Origin: Octopus bimaculoides
Taxonomy: Eukaryota
NCBI RefSeq assembly: GCF_001194135.2
Contig: NC_068991.1
Span: 51,826,020-51,890,019, forward strand
Reading direction: 5' to 3'
Length of the DNA stretch: 64,000 bases
Positions 13,183 through 26,017 of the stretch are shown one piece after another (position 1 is the stretch's first letter; every line of letters begins with the position of its first letter). The notes under the pieces are model-generated. The model saw nothing but the letters and a program-made list of their open reading frames with translations, did not search any database and had not been told where the DNA came from. The position numbers and the translations under genes were made by a program.

Positions 13183-13394
13183 TATTGGTTTCAAATTTTT
13201 GCACAAGGCCAGTAATTTCGTGAGAGGGGCTTAGTCGATTAAATCGACCCTAGTGCTCAACTGGTATTTATTTTATCAGCCCTGAAAGGATGAAAGGCTA
13301 AGTCGACCTCGATTTGAACCCAGAACGTAAATACGGAAGAAATGCTGCTAAGCATTTTGCCCGGCGTGCTTAGGATTCTGTCAGCTCGCCGCCT
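13183..13394 (-). mobile_element. SINE family C
   Basis: GGCGGCGAGCTG..CTTTCATCCTTTC..AAATACCAGTTGAGC body. Further copies at 44955-45148, 46770-47170 and 54690-55085. Confidence 0.85.
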
Positions 13395-14340
13395 TATTTT
13401 GCATATCCTATTGTCTGAAATTTCGTGCTTGCAAATTCAGTATCACATGTTTCAAATATCAACATTAGCAAATAAAAAGTGTAGAGAGATTTTTGTCAAA
13501 AATCCTCAAGACATTCTCTGTAATGTTAAACTCGGAGTCCTGGAGTGCAGCGACTTAAGCATAGAAAACGAAAGCGATCAAATAAAGCTGACTTAAATCG
13601 TAAAGTAGGTTGATCAAGAGATTAACAATAAAAATGGATCTGAGGGGAAAAAAATGTGGAAAACATTTTGATCCAAATATCATGAAACAACTAGAAAAGT
13701 ATCTGAAATGAAGCTAAAGAGGTGGCGTCAGATTTTGAGATGGACATTAACCCATTACCTCCCATAATTCTATTAACTGGAATCTTTTTTATGTAACTTT
13801 GATTTCTAGCATAAAACAGCCTTAGAAACACGCTGGAATGATCAAAATAACATTTCAAAATAACATTTTAAATAGAAATTAGCGAGATATTGGGTGAAAA
13901 ATTAGCAAAGCACATTTGAATATCAGAGAAATATACCTAGTAGATAATTGACAGATAATTACGAAATTTGTAATTTTTAAGTGATCTCATATGAGATCAC
14001 TGGTAGGTAATAGGTTAAATACCCCCATGGCTGTAGAGATATTAGTGAAAGAGGAGGGTGCAATGTGATACAGCATTTTATGTGAATTTGGTGGAAATGA
14101 CTAGAAGAAATCTACTTCAAAAAAAGTCTGCTTTATGCTTTGATTTATGTTAAATGTACGTTTTAGAGCAGGTAAGCGTTTGGATGAAAATTTTAAGTTC
14201 TTACGAAAATATCGCAAAATGGTGTATAATACATATCTACTATATAAATGTGATTATTTATGTGTGTTCAGTCCCGAAAGGATCTGAAACGAACGCTGCA
14301 CCCTCGAGAAATCTGCGTCCCAAAGAGAAGGTTGTCCATA

Positions 14341-14372
<32 letters not shown>

Positions 14373-15191
14373 GGGTCTTTTTTAAAACGGGGGCCACATT
14401 TTTCATTAACGAAACACTTTGAAACTTGGAACACTGGTAGAATGTGTCATATAAAACATCTTTTTCTCTTAGTCTTCTTTAAAAAAAAAAGAAATCCATA
14501 AGTTATTCCATGTTAAAGTTGTTGTATTTCTGTAATTTCAACCAATCACTGACGTCCATTCAGCCGATATACATTAAGTGCCGACTACATAAACAAACGA
14601 TTCTGAAACAATTAACCCTAACCCTAACCCTAGGGTTAGGGTTAAAGCAAATTTAAAATGAAAAAAGCAAATAAAACGAAGGTATGGAGATTAAATACGC
14701 TTTACATCGCTTAATCAGCCAAAGGAGTAAATATAAANNNNNNNNNNNNNNNNNNNNNNNNNNNNNNNNNNNNNNNNNNNNNNNNNNNNNNNNNNNNNNN
14801 NNNNNNNNNNNNNNNNNNNNNNNNNNNNNNNNNNNNNNNNNNNNNNNNNNNNNNNNNNNNNNNNNNNNNNNNNNNNNNNNNNNNNNNNNNNNNNNNNNNN
14901 NNNNNNNNNNNNNNNNNNNNNNNNNNNNNNNNNNNNNNNNNNNNNNNNNNNNNNNNNNNNNNNNNNNNNNNNNNNNNNNNNNNNNNNNNNNNNNNNNNNN
15001 NNNNNNNNNNNNNNNNNNNNNNNNNNNNNNNNNNNNNNNNNNNNNNNNNNNNNNNNNNNNNNNNNNNNNNNNNNNNNNNNNNNNNNNNNNNNNNNNNNNN
15101 NNNNNNNNNNNNNNNNNNNNNNNNNNNNNNNNNNNNNNNNGCCTCTAGCGGTGAACAACTTGTATAAGATTCTGGGAATTGCCACTAGCAG

Positions 15192-15258
15192 TTCGTGCTG
15201 AAGATGGAGCAGATTTTCTCGGTAAGAGATTTTTAACTCCGAAACCTTGGTCCACGAA
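15192..15258 (+). ncRNA. Type I hammerhead ribozyme motif, apparently intact
   Basis: TTCGTG-CTGAAGA-T-GGAG...CTCC-GAAA-CCTTGG-TC/CACGAA. Perfect 6-bp stem I, full core, predicted GUC cleavage after 15252. Confidence 0.8.
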
Positions 15259-15581
15259 TAACTTTTTAATTATATGTAATTTTCAATGTGTTGCCCGCTT
15301 ACGGTTTGGTTTTTCGCTGGGTTTTTTTGAGAACTACTAGGTCTTAGTAGACACAACATGTGAGCTATTTCTAGCATATTAAATGTCCACCCTACTGGTC
15401 ATCTTTCTATATATAAATATATATCTTATGATATTTACTTTGCTTTATATTATACTCATTTATTGTGCTTTTAATTGTTAATTTTTTCTATATGTGATAG
15501 TGGATTTTCATCGATGAGTTCTTGAAACTTGGTTATTTTCTCTAAAACTATATATTTTATCTATAAAGCTCAATTTAATTT

Positions 15582-15638
15582 GGCATAACTACAGGGTTTT
15601 ACCCCCAAAGTCTGGGGGTAAAACCCTGTAGTTATGCC
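15582..15638. repeat. Perfect 26-bp hairpin
   Basis: GGCATAACTACAGGGTTTTACCCCCA-AAGTC-TGGGGGTAAAACCCTGTAGTTATGCC. Confidence 0.95.
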
Positions 15639-16499
15639 TTTAATTTTAATTGAGTTTTTACCTGTAATTTTGGATTTGGTCCCTAATATTATATATATAT
15701 GCGTGCATGAGAGTGTGTGTGTGTGTTTGTCACCCATCACCGCTTGACAACCAGTGTTGGTGTGTGTGTGTGTGTTTTGAAATATGAGTGAATACGTTGA
15801 AGCTGGATGGAACGAGGCAAAAAGCGTGATGACCGTTTTATGGCTTTCTCTTGCTCTGCTGTTTGTTTTCTTTTATCTAGCTTAACTGACAAGATATCTG
15901 CTTGCTTCAATGACCTTACGTTCAATTCATGGCTACAGCATGTCTATGATTAATTTTTGTGCGTTCTCAAAGCCAATATTAGCTATAAACCAATTTAGAT
16001 AAGTGATTTGATATAGAGTCGTTGGATCTCTCTGTTTATCGCATGCTCGTTAAAACCATTCCTAATAATTCTATAAATTCGAATGCTTTTTTTCAAAATA
16101 CCACTTATCCAAAAATGTTCGTTTCGTCAAGATCGATGTATTATCTCACCTGTTTGGTGTCTTACCAGTTTAAAATTTTATTTAAAGACGATGGACTATA
16201 TGTTATGATGTAATCTATGAATGCCTCAATAAAATTCTACTGAAATAGCTATAGTAAATTTTAAACCCCATTTGTGTTCTCTCACTACACTTGTGGTTCT
16301 TATAATAACATTGTGTGTGTGTGTTTGTTTAGAGTATTATAACTTTAATATCACAACAAACAATTTATGTTACCAATCGGTTTCATATTAATGAACCTTC
16401 CATGTGTGGATGGGTAATTTCTAGTCGTCAGACATAGCTACAAGTCAACGAATGCTAAGAATAGTGGTTAACTCTTAGCCAAGTATTTTCCTGTAGCTG

Positions 16500-17345
16500 C
16501 CTCCCTAATAAGATTGCATCAATGATACTGCATCTCATCCAGGTCTACTTTATCACGGATCAATTCTTCTATGAATCTTTCTGTGACCTTCATAACCTGG
16601 TCTAGTAGATTAACTCCTCTATTGCTGCTTCGTTCACGATGGAAGTGCTACGCCAGTCAATGGATATAACACCTTCCTGTAAGACTTAAATAACTATTCG
16701 GATGGTAATTTTGAATCTTCCCTGAATGATGCTTCAAGCATCTCTGCAACTATCCCTAATCAACACATAGCTTTCCCTGTCTTCATATCTTTGATTATTC
16801 TATCTACCACATTGATGTGAACTTTAATTGTTGGTCCCTGTATTAGGTCAGTACGGAAGAAATCTTTGTTTATTCCATACGTTTTTCCACGGTCTCCAGC
16901 CTCTCATAATAACACTTCCATTCCTGTTAATTTTTTTTTTCCATATCGATGAGAATGACATTATCATTCCAAATACACTGCTCACCAATGATATCCCGTT
17001 CTCTCTCACACTTTGTCTCACAATTCTTAACATCCTGAGCCTCTGAACTAAACTGCATCTCTTCTAGGTTAACTATCTTCCTAACTAGTTTAACTATAAC
17101 TCTTCCTGTAACTTTCATGACCTGGTCCAGCAAGTTGATACACCCTGTAATTACTCCTCTCTAAAGCATCTGCTATACAATTGTAACAGGTGACATTGTA
17201 ACTGCTACACCAGTCATTGAGTATGATGCCTTCCTGTGCAAACTGAGTAACTAAATGGGTGACTAGACCGTGTCCCACTCCGTCAGATATTTTAAGCATC
17301 TCAGCAGTAATTCCTGATGGACTAGGAGCTTTCCTTCCCTTTACA
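16500..17345 (-). mobile_element. Two adjacent RTE LINE RT fragments
   Basis: KAPSPSGITAEMLKIS..DWCSS..LDQVMKVTGRVI..VNLEEMQF (17020-17345) and LLDQVMKVTERFIEELIRDKVDLDEMQ (16500-16850). Confidence 0.8.
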
Positions 17346-20300
17346 TCTTTATCAGGATGATGGATCGTATGTAATTCTTGAGAAGATCCAAATAAAGCGA
17401 CATTCTGAAAGCACACTGTGTGTATGTGTGTGTGTGCACACAATTGTTCCCCACCCACCACTATTTCCTCCTTGAGACATTCCTACCATCACCTCTGTAA
17501 CTTTACTATTCTGCTGTTGTAATTAAACATGAGCAGAACTGCATATTTCGCTTGTTTTTTCTAATACCATTTACCCATTTTACTACCAGGAACTATTTTT
17601 CTTCCTTTCTTAATGCTGTCATATCTACCCACATTTTACATTGATCACCCACTTGAGCCAACAAATTCTCTCTCCTCCACCACCATACAGCTCCCCCCCC
17701 CCCACACACTTTGTTCTGGTTCCTCTCCCACTTTAACTCCTCATCCCATAGCATAAAGCCATCTTCCATTCTACCACAACTTCACTCAATCAAAGGGAAT
17801 CTTAGTCTTGCAAATTGCATAGTGACCTCACTAGTGCTGGTGCCACAAAAAAAGCATCCGGTGTACTCTGTACAGTTGTTGGTATTAGGAAGGGCATCCA
17901 ACAATAGAAACCATATTAAAGCAGACACTGGAGCACAATGCAGCCCTTGAACCCATCAGATCCTCTTAAACTATCCAACTCATGCCAACATGGAAAATGT
18001 ATGTTAAATGATGATGATGATATGCAAGAACATTGTGCTCATTTCTGTGCCAGAACAATTTCTATATTCCCGGTACATTCATACCATTTCTCTTTTAACT
18101 GAACTAAAATGACTTCATATTGGATGAGCAGTTTGTTTATCAGCTGCAGTATTGCTTTTGCCACTGCAGCTTGTTCCATATATTCATGGCATGAAAAAGA
18201 AATTCTATTTTCTAATTTGTGGTTTATTTAGAATCAATTGATATTTTCTCATTATTTTGTATGTTATAAATTCTGCATTTATCAGAATACAATCATATTC
18301 TACAAATGGATATTTCTAAAATAGCTTTAGTATTAATGAGAAAATATTATGAGATAGAGGAGTAGCCACATAAAAATTACATAAGGGAGGAAAATTTTCA
18401 CTATTGCCATCTTCATCATATAACATCCAATTTCCTATGTTTGCATGGGTTAGAATTTGTTGAGGTAGATTTTCTACAGTCAGATGCTCTTCTGTTGCCA
18501 AACCTCAACTGCTTCCGATCAGGGTAAGCCCTGTACCACAAGCATAACAGGCATCAATTAAAGAAAGTCTTCTGTCATTTTTCTCATGAAAAACTAAAGT
18601 ATAACGAAATGAAGACGTTTTAAAGTGCTGAATGTATATAACTGAAAATTATCCCTCATGAAAATTTGAGGAAAATACAAGACCTCCATGGTTCTCTGAA
18701 TCTGCAGACATAATACTGCACTAATATACAAATCATTGATTTCTCAGTGGTGCTACAGAATCCTTTCAATTTGGTCATCACCAATTTTCAAGAGATACCA
18801 CACTAAATTTTGATATATAATAATGACTAAAACTTATTTTATGAAAATTATTGAACACTTACAGATGTATTCATGAACAATAACTAGTTTACAATGATAA
18901 GCTTCTGTTGGCAAATCTTTTGGAATATATTTAAAACCATCCGCCACACACACGCACGCGGATCTGAATTTAGATTTCAAAAGCTATGAACTAGTAAGGA
19001 AGGTTTCTTTTTTTCATTAGTCTGTAAAATACACAGACCATAAAAATGTAATCTGATACAAAGATCAAAATACTTGAAGAAATATTTTTGTATTTAGCCT
19101 AAGATTTAAATAAATCATCAAAACCTCATTAGAACACATTCTAATGGAAAATCTTAGAGCAGAATGAATCTCTTGATTCATTGAAGATTTATTAGATTCA
19201 GTTTGGTGGGATAGCGCCACAAAGAAAGATTATTAGGTCTCAGAGCTAATAACTGATACACAGTAAAAAAAAAAAATTATTTTAATGGTGGAGAGGGAGA
19301 GAGAGAGAGAAGAAACTAAAAGAAAAATGATAATTTGAACGTTGAAATGGTTTGATGATAAATCTGTAAGAGGAGATCTTTCAAGTAAATCTAATAAAGT
19401 ATTCCTTAAAATATACTGAAATATACTACTACTGCTGCTGCTGCTCTGCTGCTCAGAATTATTATTTTTTCAAAGACAAGTCGAAAGAGAAAATGATGAG
19501 ATGGGAATGAAGCTAACAGTAGAGTTGTTCTTTTTTTTTCTTCTCTAAATCAAATATCTAATTTAGTGAAATATCTAAAATAAATAAATTATAAATAAGA
19601 CGTTATTGAATAAACAAATATTTATTGCTTTCCTGCGGCCACATTCAGATTTATCTGATTTGGTTAAAATTCCTTTTTGGTTTTACTCTAACACAGTTTT
19701 CTTCAAATATTTATTTACTAAAGATTTTGTGTAGGAAAACCAAGAATTCTTTAGCTGAGGATATGTCACAAAATTAAATTTGATGACAAACAATGACTTA
19801 CATAATTACAACTCTACTAATTGATACAGAAAGAAATAATATGGGATTTAATGGCATTCATGCCTTTTTCCAAAGATATAGAGAAGATATCTTTGTGTCA
19901 TTATGATACAGAGTCTAAAAAGGTCATGGAAGTTGGCTACTGTGAAAAGAATTGTTAGGTACCCATAGCTGGATTAGAAACAGATATGATAAGGTTCAAA
20001 GGAAACTAACGTTTTGGTTCATGCTCTTTTTATTTCAAACTAAATATCATCACTACCACCACCACCATTTTACATCCGCTGCTGGTAGAAATTGAATTTT
20101 ACACATGCCAATGCAGACCTTGCCAGTGTTGGTGCCATGTAAAAAGCACGGGTGCGGATGCCATGTAAAAGGCAGTACACGCTGTAAAGTGTTTGTCATT
20201 AGGAAGGTCATCCAGCTGCAAAAACCATGCCAAAACAGTGGAGCTTGGTGTAGTCCTCTGGCTAGTCAACTCCTTTTAAACAGTTCAATCTATTAGAAAA

Positions 20301-20346
20301 TTACTATTTTTAAATCTCACAATGTGAGATATTCAGCAACAGTACC

Positions 20347-20626
20347 TTGTAGTAAAGAGTGTTTGCCAGCATAACATGGCAGTCCTGGTTTAGGACTAAT
20401 GTTGCTGTAATTTAGCCCCAGGATGAAGGGAAATAATCCAGAAGTCGCAATACACAGATATTGTTTAGAGTTGAGTGGGGGTGCTAGATTCCCTTGTTCG
20501 AAAATGTAAGGACACATTTTGTGTCATATAGCCAGCTGAAGACAATGTCTCCTGGGATTAAATTACAGCAACATTAGTCCTAAACCAGGACTGCCATGTT
20601 ATGTTGGCAAATAATCTTTACTACAA
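20347..20626. mobile_element. Foldback element with 77-bp inverted arms, same family as 45410-45660
   Basis: Arms 20347-20423 and 20550-20626. The spacer plus right arm match the reverse complement of 45410-45605. Confidence 0.75.
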
Positions 20627-21369
20627 AGTTCAATCCATGCTAGCATGGAATTCAAACATTAAATTATGATGATGATGATGGTGGTGGTGGTGGCAGCAGC
20701 AATAACAGTAATGACTGACATGATGACAGATCTACTGATCAGCCTCACCAAGACTCAAAACTTGGCTGAAATTTGTATAAAACATAAATCATTCTTAATA
20801 TCCTTCAGCTATTTTGAGTCTACATCTGTCTGCTATAAATAGCCGTATGGTTGGTTCTTTTATTATACAGACAACTGTCCTGCTTCTTGACTGCCTGAAA
20901 TTTCTATCATTTTTATGGACATCAAATCCTGATGTTTTGCAGCTTCTTTGGACCCAACAAACTTGAAACACTTATTGAGATCTGGTAGCTTTTGTCCCCT
21001 ATGTCTGATTGTCAAAGTTTTATTAAATGCTGTTGAAAAACTGTACACGCCTGATAAATAAATGTCTTCTCAAACAGAATAAAAATGGTGCTATAGTTCA
21101 ATCCAACAAAAATATAATTATTCTCTCTAGGACATTTTCTGCTTTGTGGATTTACTAGAATGATGCAGTTAGGTTCAACCCTTCAGCATTTAAACTGGTT
21201 ACATATGGCCCGAATATCTTATCTGTTTTATGTTCAAACAGGCAAGATCCAGCTTCTCACACCTATCCTTCAATAAAGAATCAAATCAGTGAAATTTCAA
21301 AGCTATGAGATAAATGCATAAATTCAAAACAACATGAATAAATAAGCATTACATTTGATAGAGCCAGTC

Positions 21370-21582
21370 ACCCACTTTCCATGGTGTATAAGTGGCTGAG
21401 ATCCCCACATTCATCCTGAACAGTATGCCAGTCTATTGCAGGGTTACTCATTTGCAGATGAGTGGAATGGAGCAACGTGAAATGAAGTGTTATGTTAAGA
21501 ACACAACACACTGCCTGATCAGGAATTTGAAACCACAATCTTGCTATAGTGAGTGCAACACTCTGACCACTAGGTCATGTGT
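21370..21582 (-). mobile_element. Old tRNA-derived SINE family E
   Basis: Minus strand CCTAGTGGTCAGAGTGTTGCACTCAC..GGTTTCAAATTCCTG..CACTTCATTTCACGTTGCTCC. Confidence 0.55.
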
Positions 21583-22926
21583 TTTCTCTAACTTGAGGGT
21601 GGAACATTATTTATATTTAAAATCTATCCCAGGATCTCTATGGAGAAAGAAACTGAAAGTGAAATTAATAACAGAAAAAGTATCACCTTATAGCTTTGTT
21701 GGAGCTTCAAAAGTGGGAACTTCATTTATGAATCTAACAGAATAAATAGCTTATTGTTGGGAGATGCTCAATGAATTTATAATGTTGATTGAATAAACAA
21801 TGTTGATTGAATTGGTGATCAATGTTCAATGCATAGGCCATGGTTTATTGATCTCACTAAGTAGGAAATCTAAATAGAACATTATAACAACAGTAGTTCC
21901 CTTCAAATGAACGGAGGCCATCATCACACACCAATACATGTAACTCAGTCTCCTACTCAATGAATTTGTTGAAAATATGTTAGAGTTTCAGAAAATATGT
22001 ACAGCATAAATTAACCATTTGAATTTGCCAAGTGTATTAAGTAAGTTGTTTATGAAAGTGTGTTGCATATCTACAATGCCTCTAAATACATTGTACATGA
22101 AATTTTACTGAGTAAAATGTTGATTTTATTACATGAAGTATTGTTTCTCTATTTGACAGAAGGACACAGCTGCCAACATTTGATGGTAACTGCTGTGAAA
22201 GTCAACTGTGCAAAAAAAAAAAATAAAAAAATAGTAATGCATACCTCAACAGGAAAACGCATTACTAATCAAGGAAAGTTCATATCTGGCAGAATAGCAT
22301 CTTATATCTATGTAAAGAGATCAATAATCTATAGTAAAATCTGTCAGCACTGAAGAATGTGGAATCATTTCTTTGTACAGGATAAAAGATATTGAATAAA
22401 TATTCAGTAACGCCATCCAGATTTGGTGAATACAATGGCTCCTCACATGAACCATTAAACCAAGTTAGGCACACACAAAGTTGTCTTACAATGAAAGGTT
22501 CAGTTAAAAATTATTAAAAACTTGTCAAAGACATTAAAGATAGAATTGATCCTATTGCAAGTTTAGTTTGAAAATGGTTACAAAGTCCCAAACTAAGTTT
22601 CAGCTGTGATTGGCAATAAATATTTTGATTGAATTCATAGGAATGTACTGTGTTTTTTAGCAAATCTATATTGTGTTTATTTCAGGCTTTCAATTTGCCA
22701 AGACAAAAAAAGAAACTGAAATCACAATTTATGTAATACACTTTCCATAGTGGTTTCACTTTATTTCCAGTCATGACAGCAGCTACTGTCAAGACTGGAA
22801 ATAAAGTAATAAAAAAAAAAGTGAGTTATTCTGCAGTTTATGAAGTAGCTATGTAATTATATAGAAGACAGACAATACCTGATGTGCTAACTGAAAAAAA
22901 GTGAGTTTTACCTAAACTATTAACAG

Positions 22927-23295
22927 GTGTAGGTGTGGCTGTGTGGTAAGAAACTTGCTTCCCAACCATATGGTTCCAGGTTCAGTCACACTGTGTGGCA
23001 CTTTGGGCAAGTGTTTTGTACCATAACCTCAGGTCAACCAAAACCTTGTGAGTGGATTTGGTAGATGGAAACTGGAAGAAGCCCCTCTTATATGTGTGTG
23101 TGTGTGTGTTTGTCCACCACCACATCTGACAACCAATGTCAGTGTGTTTATGTCCCCATAACCTAGCAGTTCAGCAAAAGAAACCAATAGAATAAGTACC
23201 AGGTTAAAAAAAATACTGGGATCAATTCATTTGACTAAAAATTCAAGGTGGTGCCCCAGTATGGCCATAGTCCAATGACTAAAACAGATAAAAGA
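22927..23295 (+). mobile_element. SINE family B (CORE-like, central AT/GT microsatellite)
   Basis: GGTGTGGCTGTGTGGTAAGAA..GGTTCAGTC..CTTTGGGCAAGTG. Other copies: 1125-1285 (+, partial), 57710-58352 (-, interrupted), 58540-58955 (-). Confidence 0.8.
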
Positions 23296-23954
23296 TATGA
23301 TTATCTTTTGAGCAATAAAGAAATTCGGAATCTAGTTCGTAAGTTAAACAATATTTTCAAAGTGTCACTCATCCATCTGACTTTGGAACAAAATTTCTGA
23401 TATTGAGGAATGTCAGAAATAGATCTAAAGATAATAACCAATGCCTGCAGAGTATAATAAGCTCTGGTAGGAATAGAAATATAGAAAAGAACTGGAAACT
23501 AATAACATTCAATTACTGTAATATATACTCAACCATACTGTAATAACCTGTGATATATAATCAATGATATGATTTACATTATATGACTGTAACTTCGGTT
23601 ATTTGTTAAATGTTCCAACTCTTCCTTAAATCTCTTTTTTCCATTATATACATCCAGAAATCTAGAACAGAATACTGATAGCAATAAAAATAATCTCAAA
23701 CAGAAGCTGAAGATCATCTTGACTCAATCCATTTCTTTCCTCCAACCTGTAAATCTCTTACCTTTTCATATCCACCACATCACATAACCATGCATCCTGT
23801 CTATCATCATATCACTGTCACCAAGGTCTCTTTCTCTCATTCATTTCTCTTGTTTCCCTTGTTTCATGTCTCAGTTTCACAGTACAATGCTGTTAGTGTA
23901 ACTAAGGATCCCATTGGCTCTCTCTTTTCTATTCACTATTCATTGCCTTGCTAT

Positions 23955-24264
23955 AAAACGTCGCCCTTTCAAAGCCTAGCCAGGCTCATGGGCCCGGTTT
24001 CCTGGTTTCTATGGCGTATGTGTTCGCCCCCAGCTGGACGGGACGCCAGTCCATCGCAGCGTTACTCAAGAAACAGGAAGAAAGAGTGAGAGAAAGTTGG
24101 GGCGAAAGAGTACAACAGGAGTCGCCACTATCCCCTGCCAGAGCTTCATGGAGCTTAGGTGTTTCGCTCAATAAACACACACACAATGCCCAGTCTGGGA
24201 ATCGAAACCGCGATCCTCCGACCGCGAGTCTGCTGCCCTAACCACTGGGCCATTGCGCCTCCAC
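23955..24264 (-). mobile_element. SINE with family A head and a different 3' tail
   Basis: First ~200 nt match family A, then CTGCGATGGACTGGCGTCCCGTCCAG...; imperfect 14-bp TSD. Confidence 0.8.
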
Positions 24265-25783
24265 TATTGCCTTTCTATACCCATGCCTATTGATCATCCC
24301 TCATTCCCTCCACAATTTCACCGTACAATATTCCTAAGATTAAAGATGACAATGGATCTCGCTTCTCTTCATCCTCCATTACACGTGCTGCAATTAACGA
24401 TACCATTGCAGCTGGTCTGAGCCACTCACTGGTACAGGGCTCACCTACCTTCCATTTCCTTAGCCACCATCCTCATCATCTCAAAAGCTATATATATAGG
24501 GGATTATATTGGACCGCTTCTACCCTGTACATTCATCTTTCATCCTCTCCTCTTCTTATACTGCCTGTCATTAATCCCACTGCACTCTGTCATCATACTC
24601 TTGACTGTCCCCCACCATCTCCTATGCCACATAGCACTTTGTCATTGCCCTGCCATCTCAGCCACATTACTTTCAATATATCTGATTACTTAATGCCCCT
24701 ATCACTCAGCCCTCTTATCATTATCATTCATACTTCTCACTCTGTAAAAATACTGGCAAGCAAGCAGAAACATACAGCTATTAGATCTTTTTAGTCAAGA
24801 TAGGACATGGCTACCTCTATAATACTGGTGTTGTGAGAAATGCACTCAATACAGTGTGCAACATGTGAGGTTGAGAGGATCATAGAGTATTGCTGAGGAA
24901 CTGTCACCTCTCTAGTGCTGGTGGCTCCCACAAGTTACCTAGTGAAGTGGTTAATATTAGGAAGGGCACGTAGGCATAGAAACTATGCCCAAAATGAAAC
25001 AATTAAGATGAGGACCTGTCAAGGTAAGCAGTACTCCCAAATATCTGTCGACTCTTATGATGACCAGTCAAACCTACATCATTATTTCATTTAAATTTGC
25101 CACAAGGGCAAACCTACATCATGCCAATCAAGGAGCTTCTACTAAAAATAATAACCAAAGAACACCCTCTCATTTTATAGAAGTCAGAACAGTGTTCCTC
25201 AGCCTTTTCAATGACTCACACCGCCAGGAAATATTTGATTAATTTTCACACCTCTACAAAAATAATAGCACATTCGAAGATGGAAAAGCCAATTGTCTAA
25301 CAACTAGTTTATTTTTTCTTTAATTGAACCACAAACATTAATAATGTGAGGGAACAAAATGAACTTGAAAATGTGAATAAATTATAAATGTAAAATTGAG
25401 CAATTAAAGAAAAACCATGAACATTGAAATCACAATTCTGAATATAAATTCAATGACTTCTTTGGTCCTGCTTCTCATTGAAGACTCTACCAAAATGTGG
25501 AACTTTCCAGCTGGCCCACAGCTTTGTCTGTGGATTCAAGCAATTCCTAGGTTTTATCTTAATTGACAAAAGAGAACTGGATTTACACTAATATATCATA
25601 GTAAACAGAATGAAGATGCAGTTCTTATATATAATCTCATGAAGGTTAATAAATCTACACAGAATTAGAATAATTTAGTTTTGATTGTGTTTAACAGAAG
25701 AAGGTTATTTTTAAGAGCCAGTTTATTTTGTTCTGAAAAATTATTTTAACACAGTCTATACTTAGCCTCTTTGTGGTATCCCT

Positions 25784-26017
25784 ATTTTTTTACTGCCCAC
25801 AAGGGGCTACACACAGAGGGGACAAACAAGGACAGACAAACGGATTAAGTCGATTATATCGACCCCAGTGCGTAACTGGTACTTAATTTATCGGCCCCGA
25901 AAGGATGAAAGGCTAAGTCGACCTCGGCGGAATTTGAACTCAGAACGCAGTGACAGACGAAATACCGCTAAGCATTTCGCCCAGCGTGCTAACGTTTCTG
26001 CCAGCTTACCGCCCTTA
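25784..26017 (-). mobile_element. SINE family C, young copy
   Basis: 18-bp TSD CCTCTTTGTGGTATCCCT (25766-25783, 26018-26035), A-rich tail, GTTCAAATTC B-box. Confidence 0.9.

Noticed and set aside
22280-22474. Protein-like ORF WFNGSCEEPLYSPNLDGVTEY
   Set aside because: No recognisable family or splice context; the opposite strand hints at a decayed LINE.
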